This document shows, in pieces, positions 1 through 11,169 of a DNA stretch of 64,000 nucleotides. The position numbers and the translations under genes are program-made. The stretch's first letter is position 1. Each line of letters starts with the position of its first letter. The notes under the pieces were generated by a model. It saw only the letters and a list, made by a program, of their open reading frames with translations, searched no databases and was not told where the DNA came from. The DNA is from Mobula hypostoma (Eukaryota), in NCBI RefSeq assembly GCF_963921235.1, contig NC_086108.1:55554001-55618000 (forward strand), written 5' to 3'.

Positions 1-165
1 TGTTGTTCGGTCATTCTTTATATTTTTTGTTACTATCCTTTGCTGCTGTTGTTCCTTTCATAACATTATTGGTCTTTCAGTATCTTCGTTGAGTGATGAA
101 TTTTGATATGTGTTTTTCTCCCTGGTATTTCAAAACTCTCTTAAATAATCAATCATACTTCTGGT

Positions 166-945
166 AAGATGACAGTGTGCTCAGTTGTAGTGGCCGCTCT
201 GGGTCCAAAGATGTCATTGTTCATCTTTTGCAGCTTTTTTGTGATCACAAGACACTGCCTGATATTGAGAACATCAAGTACTGCAGGTCTGTCCCTCTGG
301 TGAGCTGCTCAATGGCATTGGAGCTTCTATAGCCACCCAAGGAGGAAGGTGTTAAAGGTGATGTGTGGCCCAACAGATGGTGCAAGTGGTTGTCTTGGAT
401 GTTGTTCTTGTAATCACAAGGCCCTGATGGACATTGGCAATGCAGAATTCTGCAAGTCTGGTTTATTGGTTCATTGGCAAGACTGATGGCAGGGGAGCTG
501 CGTACCCTCGGTTGTTGCATGGACCCTGGGCCCTCAGGCGGTGGGGTCATGATTTGCAGCCACCCAGGGCTGGAGACACTGGGGGCGGTGTTGGAGAGAG
601 CTGAGGCCTGTGCTGGATTGGGGGGCTGGCCCTTCCTATTGGTCTCATTCTCCAGTGTTCACTCATTGGAAGACAAACTGGATTATGCCTGTCCGTAGCC
701 ACACTAGTATGTGGTGTTGATGGCTGCGTACTTGTTCTTGCAGAAACGTGGCTCCAGGACAACATCCCATGCACCATCAATCTGCAGGCCATGTGACTTG
801 GGCAAGATTACTTCAGTGTTTTTGCTATCGTAACTCATTCTGACTGTTGGTACTGAGCTTTGCTTGGCCCTAGAGGACCACTGTTTCATTTGGCTGTGTT
901 CATATACATTATCAAATGACAATTGAACTTGAACTTGAAGCTTGT
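166..945 (+). mobile_element. Degenerate, internally deleted Rex1/Babar-type LINE (5' region + start of AP endonuclease + 3' tail)
   Basis: Frameshifted peptides VHSLEDKLDY and GCVLVLAETWLQDNIP (about 655-790) resemble the APE N-terminus (NVRSLxNKLD...LTETWL). The element ends in a AATGACAATTGAACTTGAACTTGAA repeat tail like other Rex-type tails in the window. Confidence 0.6.
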
Positions 946-1599
946 CTTTCTCTATAAGACATTTTTTTTATTTTGAGTATGGAATCAGGGGTGAACAGTA
1001 ACCTATTTCGCTCTTCAGAGTAAAACCACCTGGCCCAAAAACCACCCTAATCGTATCTAAAGAATGGCTTGAACCAGAGTTTTTGGTGCTTCAAACATTT
1101 ATGGAAGGTCAAAGAGCTCATGAGATATTGTCAAAACATGGCAAAACAAAAGGTTTCTGTTGCTGTTGGCGGGTGACTTTCCTGTCATAGTAGCACAAGA
1201 TGGGGGTAAGATTGTGCAACCTGATTGAAGCAAAGACCCATTAAGCTATTTCGTGATTCGTGAGGGAAATTAGAGAGAGAGAGGGAGTTGAGAGGGAGAA
1301 ACAGAGAGCTAAAAGACTTCTAAAGGCAGTGAAAGGCAGTTCAGAGATATACTTTACATAGGAAAAACTGAAGATACATTGGATGATGATTTTACTGTGC
1401 ACCTCTTTTCATTCTGCAGGAGCAACCCTAAGCTTCCAGTTGTCTGCCACTTTTTAGTTTGCATTTCATTCGGACTCAATGCCTAATTCACAGTTTCAGA
1501 TAACCTGCCTTTTCTGTGTGCTGGACTGAACTGGCTTGAGCTAAAGAGAGGTTATCTATTGATAGCCTACCAAACCAAAATTAACTCATTCTTTCCCAG

Positions 1600-1910
1600 C
1601 ATTACCCTTCAGATTTCAGGTCTGCGCAATAGCCCTGCATAGTTCACAACCTCCTACACTCCCCTGATTCCATTTCTAACTGCCTCCAGTAATCTATTAA
1701 CCTGATTAAACCCACCCTCACCCTATCAGAGATGTACCCCTTGCCCCTAACCATCAATTTCTGCTCTCCCTTCCCCTTAAACTAACATCCCATTTCCAAA
1801 GAAAGGCCTCTGACCTGTTATATTAACTATGTTACTCACTCCCCAGTTATTGCCTGACCTGCTCAGTCTGTCTAGCATTTTATGCTTTAACGTGAGAATC
1901 GCAGTATTTG
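1600..1910 (+). mobile_element. Highly decayed Penelope-like terminal repeat remnant
   Basis: C/T-rich tract followed by TTGCCTGACCTGCTCAGTCTGTCTAGCATTTT, similar to the terminus at 32800-32835. Confidence 0.4.
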
Positions 1911-2596
1911 CAGTTATCTGATACATAATTGTTCATTTCAAACATTTGAATGCTACTGAACCAGAAGATATGAGTGGCACAAGCAGTGAATATCTAAAAC
2001 TCTCAAGACAGTGACAGTGAAACTACTTCATAGAAAAAACAGCGCCCAGAGAATGCTTGCATGTTGAAATTGTGCTTGGAAATTCCTGCTGAGTGCAGGT
2101 AAATTTTGGCCGTGGTGTTTTAAGTATTTTCCCCTGGTGCAGCTGTGTGATAAATTGTTGATATAAAAGTACAGACAACTATACGTCAGTGGAGGTTTGG
2201 TTGAGTTTCTGTTTATTGGAAAAAGGTGGGTGTTGAAGTTTTCCATAACACAAAGCCTCACCATCTGTTCCTGTATCAAGAAATGTGAGTTTAAACTAAA
2301 ATTGTGTTGATATGTTTTCTTTAAAATATATTCCTAGGCAGCAATTTTTATTAAACATCTCAAATTTTTGGATTGTGATTTGTGAATTTTGTAAGGGTGA
2401 ATTTCCATAACTCTAGGATCTTTTCTGATACAGGTCATTAGCAATACATTTTTTATTATTATCACTTTGTAGGGTACAAATGAAATGTTGGAACTTATCT
2501 TTAATTGTTAACTCTGAATAGATCAGAGTTTGCCATTGGAATAGGCTGATAAAAATGAACACAGATTGAAATAGTGCATGTTCTATGATGGATGTA

Positions 2597-2620
2597 GTCT
2601 CCATGGCAACAATGACATCA
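2597..2620. promoter_or_regulatory. Candidate RFX X-box plus CRE/AP-1-like site
   Basis: GTCTCCATGGCAAC (2597-2610) matches the RFX X-box consensus. TGACATCA follows at 2613-2620. Both lie in repeat-poor sequence. Confidence 0.4.
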
Positions 2621-3834
2621 ATGCTGTAACCAAGTAAGGTAGAATTTTTTTTAGTAATTATGAATGATGCTGGTGATTCAAGAAAATTTCAACAATAAGA
2701 TAGGGAAGTTGATATCCTGAATTGCTAAGTGAAATTCAAAAGTATTTATGCATTGATTAACAGTTAAGAAAATGAATTAGTAATTTTCAAGTATAGTTTT
2801 ATTTTTGATTTGCTGCTAACATGCAAAATCATTTAAACAGAATTTGTGAAAAATTATACGTTTTCTTAGCTGTGTTTATGTTATTTTTTCCCATCTGCAA
2901 AAAAAAATGTTTAAGATGGATTGTACTGTGGCTGTGCAATTTTCACACAAAATAAAATTTAATATTACATGTTTTTGTGTAACACAGTTTAATGGTTTTA
3001 AGCAGAAAGAATAGAGCCATATACCACTGTCATTTTGCTGAAATGATGAATTGGTATTTGGAATATTTATTTCATTCATTTTATCCCTTCTATTTGAGGG
3101 TTCCACAAGGAAAAGCATTTCTTTCATGTGTGAAATGATGCCACATTGATGTTATAGATTACTGAATTTAAAAAATGTCGCTGAAGATTTTGGAGAATAG
3201 TAAATTTTACACCTTAGACTAGATTTTAGAACACAGTTCTTTCTGCAGTGAATTACTGTTATTTGAATAACATTGGTTGAAGGGCTGTGGGGCAGAGGGG
3301 ACTTCTCCAGCAGGAAAGCGGGTGAAGAGAAAGATAATTCCTCTTTAAAATTATCTGAATAATTTAAAATATAACATTGTCAGAAAATGAGTCACTTATC
3401 TATAAAACAGGTGAATGGAAGAGGAGGAAACTCCTTTACAGAAAATAACTTTGTTTTAGATTTTCAGTCGGCCTTTGTAGTTGAGCATGCAGTAGCTTGA
3501 GGAAATACTTTGATCATAGAGCAACAATTCTGGCAGTTCAACAACAATTTGCAATTCCAAAAATTACGAGAAATTGGATAGTGTGGCCCTCACTTTCATT
3601 GATAGCACAATTCAACCTATTCATGGATTTGTTTGCAAAGGGAATTACAGAATTCACAGTAAATTTGGAAAAGCCCAGGATCCTCTCAGATGTGCTAATG
3701 CACAAGGAACCTAGATATAAGCAATGGCATCTAATGGCATGCAACCTAGGCCCTAAGGGTCCAGCCAGTGGTCAAAGCAGACCACGCAAGCAACAGCAAA
3801 TCGTCAGGGTGCTTGGAAGACTTCCAACCCCATT

Positions 3835-4042
3835 AGAGGTACAACACGGTAACAGGCCCTTACGGCCCAATAAGCCTACACCACCCATGTGACCAATTAA
3901 TCTACTAACACCTATGCCTTTGGAATGTGGGATGAAGCTCACAGAAAGAATGTACAAACTTCTTACAGACAGTGTAAGATTGAACCCGGGTCACTGGCGC
4001 TACAGTAGTGTGATGCTAGCCGCTTCACTATCATACTGCCTG
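3835..4042 (-). mobile_element. HE1-like tRNA-derived V-SINE
   Basis: Reverse complement shows a tRNA-like head (GACCCGGGTTCAATC B-box), V-domain CTGTCTGTAAGAAGTTTGTACATTCT and a CR1-like tail. Confidence 0.75.
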
Positions 4043-4530
4043 TTCTGCAACCCTTTATACATTTAGTCAAAAACCTTTCAACCTCCACTTTAAGTATACT
4101 TAATGACTTGGGCTCCACAGCCATCTGTGGCAATAAATTTCACAGATTCACACTCACTGGCTAAAGAACTTCCTCCTCATCTCTCTTCTGAAGGATATCC
4201 TGATATTCAGAGGATTTGCCCTCTGGTCCAAGACTCTTCTGATATATCAAACATCCACTTTATGTCCACTCTATCCAGGCCTTTCAAGATTCACAGGTTT
4301 CAATGAGATCTCCCCTTCATTCTTCTGAACTCCAGCGAGTATAGGCCCAGAATCATCAAATGCTCCTCACGCATTAACCCTTTAATTCCTGGGATAATTC
4401 TCACAAACCTCCTCTGGACCTTCTGAAATGCCGGCACATCTTCTCTTAGCTTTGGGGCCAGAACTGTTCACAGGACTCCAAGTGTAGTCTGACCAATGCC
4501 TTATAAAGTTTCAGCATTACATTCTTGCTT

Positions 4531-4680
4531 TCAAGGCATGAAAAGATACTGGGAGAAGGTGGGTGATTGAGGCCGATGGGGGAAATGGATCAGCCATGAT
4601 GAAATGGTGGAGCAGACTCAATGGGCCAAATGGCCTAATTCTACTCCTATATCTTATGCTCTTATGGACTTATGGTCTTT
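4531..4680 (+). mobile_element. CR1 3' end fragment nested in opposite orientation
   Basis: GATCAGCCATGATGAAATGGTGGAGCAGACTCAATGGGCCAAATGGCCTAATTCTACTCCTATATCTTATG, shared with the tails at 18240-18312 and 49660-49737. Confidence 0.75.
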
Positions 4681-6214
4681 CATACTCTAGTCCACTGGAA
4701 AAGAATTAGTACTGACCGAACCTGCAAGTTGACCTTTAGGGAATCCTGCAATAGGAATCCCAAGTCCATTTGTACTTAGGACTTTTGAATTTGCTCTCTA
4801 TTTCAGGAACAGTCTGTTCCTTTATTCCTTCTACCAAAGTGCATGACCATACACTGTATTCCATCTGCCACTTCTTTGCCCATTCCCCCAATCTATCCAA
4901 GTCTTCTGCAGACTCCCTGTTTCTGTATCCCTACCTGTCCCTCCACCTATCTTTATATCATCTGCAAACTTGGCTACAAAGCCATCAATTCCATCATCCA
5001 GATCATTAACATATATCATGAAAAGTAGTAACCCAGCATGAATCCCTGCAGAACACCATTAGTCACCGGCAGCCAGCCAGAAAAGGCCCCCTTTATTCAC
5101 CCTCTTTGTCTTCAGTTAGTCCATGCTGGTATCTTCCCTATAAGACCATGGGTTCCAATCTTGTTTTGCAGCCTCACGTGTGGCACCTTCTCAAAGCCCT
5201 TCTGAAAGTCCAATTAAACAACATATACTGATTCTCCTTAGTCTGTCGTGCCTGCTATTTCCTCTAAGAATTCCAGCAGATTTGATAAGTGAGAAACCAT
5301 GTAGGAACCTTAAGGAAACCATGTAGATCTTGCCACCTCTGCATGCCAACTTGGCTGAACAGAGACACACTTTTAGTAATAGACTAAGACAACTGCACTA
5401 CTCCAAAGAGCATTATATGAGGTCATTCTTACCTTTGGCGCTTTGGTAGAAGGAACAAATGAACAGACTATTTCCTAAATGGAGAACAAATTCAGAAGTC
5501 GTAGGTACAAATGGACATGGGATTCGCAGTGCAGGAAGTGATGACCTGTATAATGAGTCAACATATACAGTATCTGGGAAGTGATTACCACATCCTGTTA
5601 GACTGTTTGAAGTAACATTTTTTATTCTTTCTTACTTCTCTCCTAATATTTGTGTATTTATGCACTTGTAATGCTACTGTGACACTGTAATTTCCTTTGG
5701 GATCAATAAAGTATCTATTTATTTAATCATGTGCCTCTTAAGTACTCCAAGACCTCATTCTTAATAATGGACTCCATCATCTTCCCAACCACTAAAGTCA
5801 GGCTAACTGGCCTGTAATTTCTTGTCTTTTGCCTCCCACTCTTCTTAAAGAGTATAGTGGCATTTGCAATTTTTTCGGTGCTCTGAAACCATTCCAGGAT
5901 TTAGTGATTCTTGAAAAAACAGTAATAATGACTCTACAATCGCTTCAGCTATCTCTTTCAGAGCCATGGAATGTAGCCAATCTGGTCCATGTGACATATC
6001 TACATAGTTTCAAGCCTCTCCACTAACTAAGAACCTTCTCCTCAGTAATAGCAGCTATGCTTATTTCTGTCCCAATGCTCAAATTGCTGGCATATTTCTC
6101 TCATCTTCCACAGTGAAATCTGACACAAAATATTTATTTGGTATGTTCATGATTTCCTTGTTCCCCATTGCTATCTCTCCAGCATCCGATGTCAACCCTT
6201 ACCTTTATTTTACC

Positions 6215-6429
6215 GCAAACAACAGGAATTCTGCAGATGCTGGAAATTCAAGCAACATACATCAAAGTTGCTGGTGAACACAGCAGGCCAAGCAGCATCT
6301 ATAGGAAGAGGCGCAGTCGACGTTTCAGGCCGAGACCCTTCGGCAGGTCTCGGCCTGAAACGTCGACTGCGCCTCTTCCTATAGATGCTGCTTGGCCTGC
6401 TGTGTTCACCAGCAGCTTTGATGTATGTT
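6215..6429. mobile_element. Penelope-derived non-coding fold-back element with 13-bp TSD
   Basis: 84-bp inverted arms 6254-6337 and 6346-6429 (1 mismatch, 8-nt spacer). TSD CCTTTATTTTACC at 6202-6214 and 6430-6442. Arm sequence matches the Penelope terminus at 61262-61345. Confidence 0.9.
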
Positions 6430-7229
6430 CCTTTATTTTACCCTTGGGATTGAGTACCAACCTGATTTTCCTAATCTACCTGCCTTTGAAAGTCCCACGT
6501 GATGAATGTAACATAATGTTGCCCTTTTTACATGCCTTTTCTCTCTCCTGTGTTCCCCTCCATGGATTCTTTCTGATCTGCTGATATCCTCCAGGGCTCT
6601 GTGTGTGTTTAAATAAATAGGTGCTTCAGGCTCTTCAGGCTCTTCAGAACTGGAATTTAGAAAACCTACACTGGGATTTCAACTTTTTTAAAAGAAGACT
6701 TCACATTTTAAATAAATAATATTCATACCAAGATTTAAGTGGTAGTGAACTGGGAAAAAAACTATTCTTTGAGCCATTTTGTAAGAAATAGTGGTTTTGG
6801 ATCTTTATTAATATTTAAGTCCATCTGATTGATGCTGGATTTTGGAGTGGTTCATTGGATTCTACTTTGCATTATTCTTTGTAACTATGACAGCAGATAT
6901 GTGATGAGTACAGATCAGAAGTCTTCATTAATTGGTAATACTGCTGTTTAATTTGAAAGATGAATTTAAACAAAATTCATCTGAAGTTGGGCAGTACTAA
7001 TCAGTACATTTGGACATGCTGGGACATAGTGTGTATCCCACCCAGTGTTGGTTTAGGTGAAGCAATTAGTTATGAAATAAAATTAAAGTGGGAGAATGTT
7101 ATCTGGAGAACTGACAGTACATCTCATACAGTGGAAATATATAGGTCAGTAGCTTGAGGTGCCAATTTTTGATGTCTGCTTTCAATCAGTAAAGTAAAAA
7201 TAGGATTGCAGAAAATTCCACACTTAATA

Positions 7230-7756
7230 TCTTGTTCCTCTCACTCGCCTATCAGCCATTCCTTCCCCTCATTCTTTCCCTTCTCCCCTTCTGAGTATTT
7301 GGCTTTACTCCTTCCTTATTGATTCTCCCCTTTTAACCCCTCTGCTCCTTTACTATGTCAGCCCCTTGTTCTTTTCATCATTCTTTCAACCAATCTTTGT
7401 TTCCCTTTTGGGCCTTGTATCCGCCTCTCATTGTTTTTATCTCTCTCTATCGTCCACATCCATGTTCTTGTCCATTCATTTTCCCCCTTTTCTCTCCACC
7501 CACTTCTCATCCCTCTGCCTCATTCACCCCTTTCCGTCTCAGCCCTTTCCTATGCCATCATCACCTAATCTCTGCCTTTCTCATTTCTCCTCGTCCTCTG
7601 CACTCCTGCTAGCCCCCATTATTCTTCTTATCTCTTTTCCCACTCTCCTATTCATTTTATCTCCTTTTTACTCTGCATAACTGTTCATTGATCCTCATCA
7701 CTTTTACTCATTCCTTACTATCACTGATCCCTTTATTACTTCTACTCCTCTCCTAG
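7230..7756. repeat. Low-complexity C/T-rich tract
   Basis: About 500 bp of strongly pyrimidine-biased sequence with no clear period. Confidence 0.7.
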
Positions 7757-7817
7757 GATGGCAGGACAAACGCATGGAAAGTAATGGAGTTCAAATTCCT
7801 TAGTCTAGAAGAATGGG

Positions 7818-8000
7818 TTCAAAGTTGAAAGTACATTTATTATTGAAGTATGTATTCTGTATACAACCTTCAGATTCATCTTCTTGCAGACAGCTACAAA
7901 GCAAAGAAACACCACAGAACTGGGTTAAAGAAAAACCTCACACAGCGTGACCATTAAAATGTACAAAAGAAAGAACAAATCACGCAAACAACAAAAAGCC
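7818..8000 (-). mobile_element. Rex1-type LINE 3' tail fragment
   Basis: GTTCAAAGTTGAAAGTACATTTATTATT...ATACAACC..AGATTCAT is the reverse complement of tails such as 29420-29490. Confidence 0.55.
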
Positions 8001-8002
8001 AA

Positions 8003-8918
8003 TGTGTATTAATATTTCAGTAATATTTGAGTACTGTGTGTATGTGTGATATATATATATATGTTGATTAAGCATTCTTATTTGTTTAAATAATTTATTA
8101 TGAGTTTAGGTACTGTATAGGTATGTGTATTGTGTGTGTCATCATGCTACCACGTGATATGGGCATGCCTTGCTTAAAGTAAAGCATGAAGTCTGGATCG
8201 CATTTCAGACTCCCGTGTCTTCCTTTGAATTAACTTTATGCTTGAAGTTACAAAACAGAACCATGGTGATGGGGTGTTTCTAAAATGAAGCCAAGACAGT
8301 TACTGACCTGGTGAAGTGCAATAAGATGGGCAGGTTAAAAATAAGCATAGCAAGAAAAGGGTGAGTTTAAAAAAGAGTAGCAGAACATGTGCGGGGTCAG
8401 TCGAGTTTTAAAGAAAGTCAGAATGCTGAAGAATTTGTGGGTACATAAAGTGTGAGTACCAAGTGATAATAAAAAAAAGCAGGAATAGCTGGCTGCATTG
8501 GAAAGACTGTTGTAGTTGATTACACAGCAGATTACTGGATTTTGTATATTGAATGGATTGAACAGTATTTTGCGGCAAATGAAATAGTGAATAGGCGACG
8601 AGTACCAATTTTGCTGAGTGCCTTGGGTTTAAAGGCATACAGTCTGCTTCAGAGTTTGACTGCTCCAACCAAACCGGCAGAAATGAACTTTGCTGATATT
8701 GTGAAAGTAATGCAGAACTTTTAGAACCAAAACCATTAGTGATTGCAGAATGCTTTAGATTTCAGTGTACATGGCTGAATTGAAGAGATTGAGCATTATC
8801 ATTTCAGTGATGGGCTTAATGATGCACTGAGAAATTAGTTTTTGGAACCTTACAAGAAAACATTCAAAAATAGCTCCTAACTGAAGCACAAATTGCATTT
8901 AAAAGAGCAGTTGAACTC
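8003..8918 (+). mobile_element. Truncated Gypsy LTR retrotransposon: 5' LTR, PBS-like site, decayed gag
   Basis: ~260-bp LTR (TG...CA, about 8003-8263) similar to 24235-24470 and 40374-40601, followed by TGGTGA. Gag-like peptides YIEWIEQYFAANEI...LLSALGLKAYSLLQSLTAPTKP and EPKPLVIAECFRF. Confidence 0.8.
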
Positions 8919-9355
8919 ACTGCTGCCATCAAGAAGAAGGTGCAGGAGCCTGAGGACTCTCACCATCAAATTCAGGAACAGTTTTTGCCTCTCAACCATC
9001 AAGCTCTTCAACCAAAGGGGATAACTTCACTTGTCCCATCATTGAATTATTCCCACAACCTACTTTCAAGGGCTCTTCATCTCATGTTCTTGATATTCAT
9101 TGTTTATTTATTTATTATTGTTATTTCTTTCTTTGTGAATTTTGCGGCAGCTTGTTGTCTTTTGCCCAAGTTGTGTGATCTTTCATTGATCCTGCTATGG
9201 TTATTATTCTATGGATTTATTAAGTATGCCCATGTAAGAGATAAAGTCAATCGATTCAATTCACAAGAAAATGAATCTCGGTGTTGTATATGGTGATATA
9301 TTTGTACTTTAATAATAAATTTGCACTTCATTAATACATTTGCTTTGAACTTTGA
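8918..9355 (+). mobile_element. Rex1/Babar LINE 3' fragment
   Basis: CACTGCTGCCATCAAGAAGAAGGTGCAGGAGCCTGAGGACTC... parallels 29107-29490. Ends in a TTTGAACTTTGAA tail. Confidence 0.75.
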
Positions 9356-10139
9356 AATCCAAGGAGATCTCTGAAAGTGAACAGTTGATAAATTTCAGCT
9401 ATACATAGCATAAATTCTTTCAGAATCTCCTGAGCCCCTTTTGTCAATATGTGCTTCTATCCATTAACAGCTTTCACTTGTTCTAGGATGGGATAAAAGT
9501 ACAATTTAGTGAAAAGAAATGGAAATGTTTTAGTAGATTGGAAAATGACTGTTGAATGTTGTTCTTAACCTTTTCCAGCTGTTCTTTGCTGTTGGCATGT
9601 ATCACTGGTAATATATTGTCTGAATATTTTATCATGTATTTTTAGCTGCTTTTTATGATTAACTGTTGGAATGGATGGTCTGTCTTCAGAAATTTAGCCA
9701 CCAGAAGTGGTTTGGGATGGAGGGAAGGGGGTGTGGTGCTGGAGTCCATTTTGTGTTTCCTTTATCTACCCCCCTGTTGTTTGGTCTTCCTGCACTAGGT
9801 GGTGGTTTGCAGTCAGGAAGATATAAATTACCTTGTCCATTATTCATCATGGGAAGGGTAAAACCCTGACCAAAGGGCAGTGGTCCCTCATACTACAAAT
9901 TCTGAAGCAATGCATCTTCCAATAATTAGAACATCAAAGTTAGATGCATGGTCATGCAAGATGCATAATTTATATCTTACTGCTTTTGACTTATGACATG
10001 ATATGGTGCAACATGTGAACAACCCTGATCTTCTGCCATTTGCATTGTTTTGCTCATTGTATCTAGTTAGCTAAGTTTTAGGATCAAACTTTATTGCATT
10101 GCCTGCGGCCCATGAGTTATATTTTAGTCAGTAGTGACA

Positions 10140-10372
10140 GTGCTGCACTGTACAGGGAACATTTGTTGTATCACTTTGACCACTCTGTACTGAAAGTGAT
10201 TTTTTTTTTGTTCTAATCATGTTTTCTTGTAAAATTGTGCATAATTTATGTTTTTGTGAATGCTGCTTATACGATACTATGCACTATGATGCTGCTGCAA
10301 GTAATATTTTAATTGCACCTTTACATGCATGTATTTGGGCTCGTAACAATAAACTGGACTTTCAGTTTCAGG
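10140..10372 (+). mobile_element. Rex1-type LINE 3' UTR fragment
   Basis: GATGCTGCTGCAAGTAA...ACAATAAACTGGACTTT tail typical of the Rex-type tails here. Confidence 0.5.
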
Positions 10373-10454
10373 CATAGAGTAACACACAGGCATGGTATAA
10401 ACAGTCTGGAAACAGGCCATTCAGCCTAAATTTGGCTTTCAACTTTAAAAGCAA

Positions 10455-10680
10455 GTCTCAACTGCCCTCTTAAACAGACATAAAATATGGTATGATTCTA
10501 CTCCAGAGATAGTGTATTCTGGCTAATAGTTATACTTCAGCCAACATCACAGAGCATCAGACTACCCAATTGTGGAAATAGCTGTGTGTAAATTGCCCAA
10601 GTATTTTCCAAACATAACAGATAACTGCGCTTTAGAAGTACTTTATTATTTGAAAGTGTTTCATAAATGCAGCTTTCCTT
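10455..10680 (+). mobile_element. Ancient Deu-domain SINE (SacSINE1/AmnSINE1-like) remnant
   Basis: CTGGCTAATAGTTATACTTCAGCCAACATCAC...GCTGTGTGTAAATTG...AGAAGTACTT...ATAAATGCAGCTTT resembles the Deu domain and L2-like tail (recalled consensus). Confidence 0.55.
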
Positions 10681-10756
10681 CCTAATCTCTTACTCATTAA
10701 GCTATTTAACTTGCAAAATATATAATACGTTGCAACATGTTTTGAGATCAACTGAC

Positions 10757-10832
10757 TACTAATCTTATTTTTTTCCACAGGTAAGTAATTCCATTGTATC
10801 TGAGAATTCAGACATCAGCTAATTTGGTAAGA
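10757..10832 (+). other. Candidate recursive splice site (AG|GT) with 46-nt RS-exon (10781-10826)
   Basis: Branch-point-like TACTAAT 10757-10763, acceptor CTTATTTTTTTCCACAG ending at 10780, consensus donor GTAAGT at 10781-10786, second donor TTG|GTAAGA at 10826/10827. Confidence 0.65.
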
Positions 10833-11169
10833 TATTCCTGAATTTGAGACCAATGTGCACTCCAACTATATAATGACTATATATTGATGTTAATTTGAAG
10901 TATTGAAATAGTATTTTTATTTATTCAGCTGTGTTGTTATTTCTTTATTAAAAGTAATTTTTTTTTGTATAAATGGAATTGACTTCACAATTACAACCAC
11001 ACCAAATTCTATTCATGGTCTTTTTCCTGTGTAACTACTAATAATTGCATTTTTACTTGGATGTACAGTGAAATTTTCCTCATGAAATGAATTCCAAAGT
11101 AGTTGTAGATCAAATTAATTATTACACTAATTTTCATGCTGATGAAACTGGAAAATTGGTTGAGCCTTT

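Larger units (their letters stand above)
4045..6560 (-). mobile_element. Degenerate CR1-clade LINE ORF2 with nested insertions
   Basis: Minus-strand peptide IYVNDLDDGIDGFVAKFADDIKIGG (RT FADD motif, 4831-5019) plus CR1 RT/3' similarity. Interrupted by inserts near 4531, 5460-5725 and 6215. Confidence 0.85.

Noticed and set aside
6168..6584. 138-aa ORF across the fold-back element
   Set aside because: Reads through a CR1 fragment and the palindromic insert. An artefact of repeat composition.
6901..6984. Possible C/D snoRNA (GTGATGA ... CTGA) with an internal 10-bp hairpin
   Set aside because: No terminal stem and no recognisable guide sequence. Such box pairs are expected by chance. The same applies to 62374-62439.
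7740..7790. Acceptor-like CCTAG after the long pyrimidine tract, with weak donor AAA|GTAATG
   Set aside because: The donor is weak and the tract is generic low-complexity sequence. No support for an exon.
10038..10049. Overlapping octamer ATTTGCAT and SOX-like CATTGTT
   Set aside because: The arrangement is not the canonical SOX-OCT composite, and short motifs are common in AT-rich DNA.
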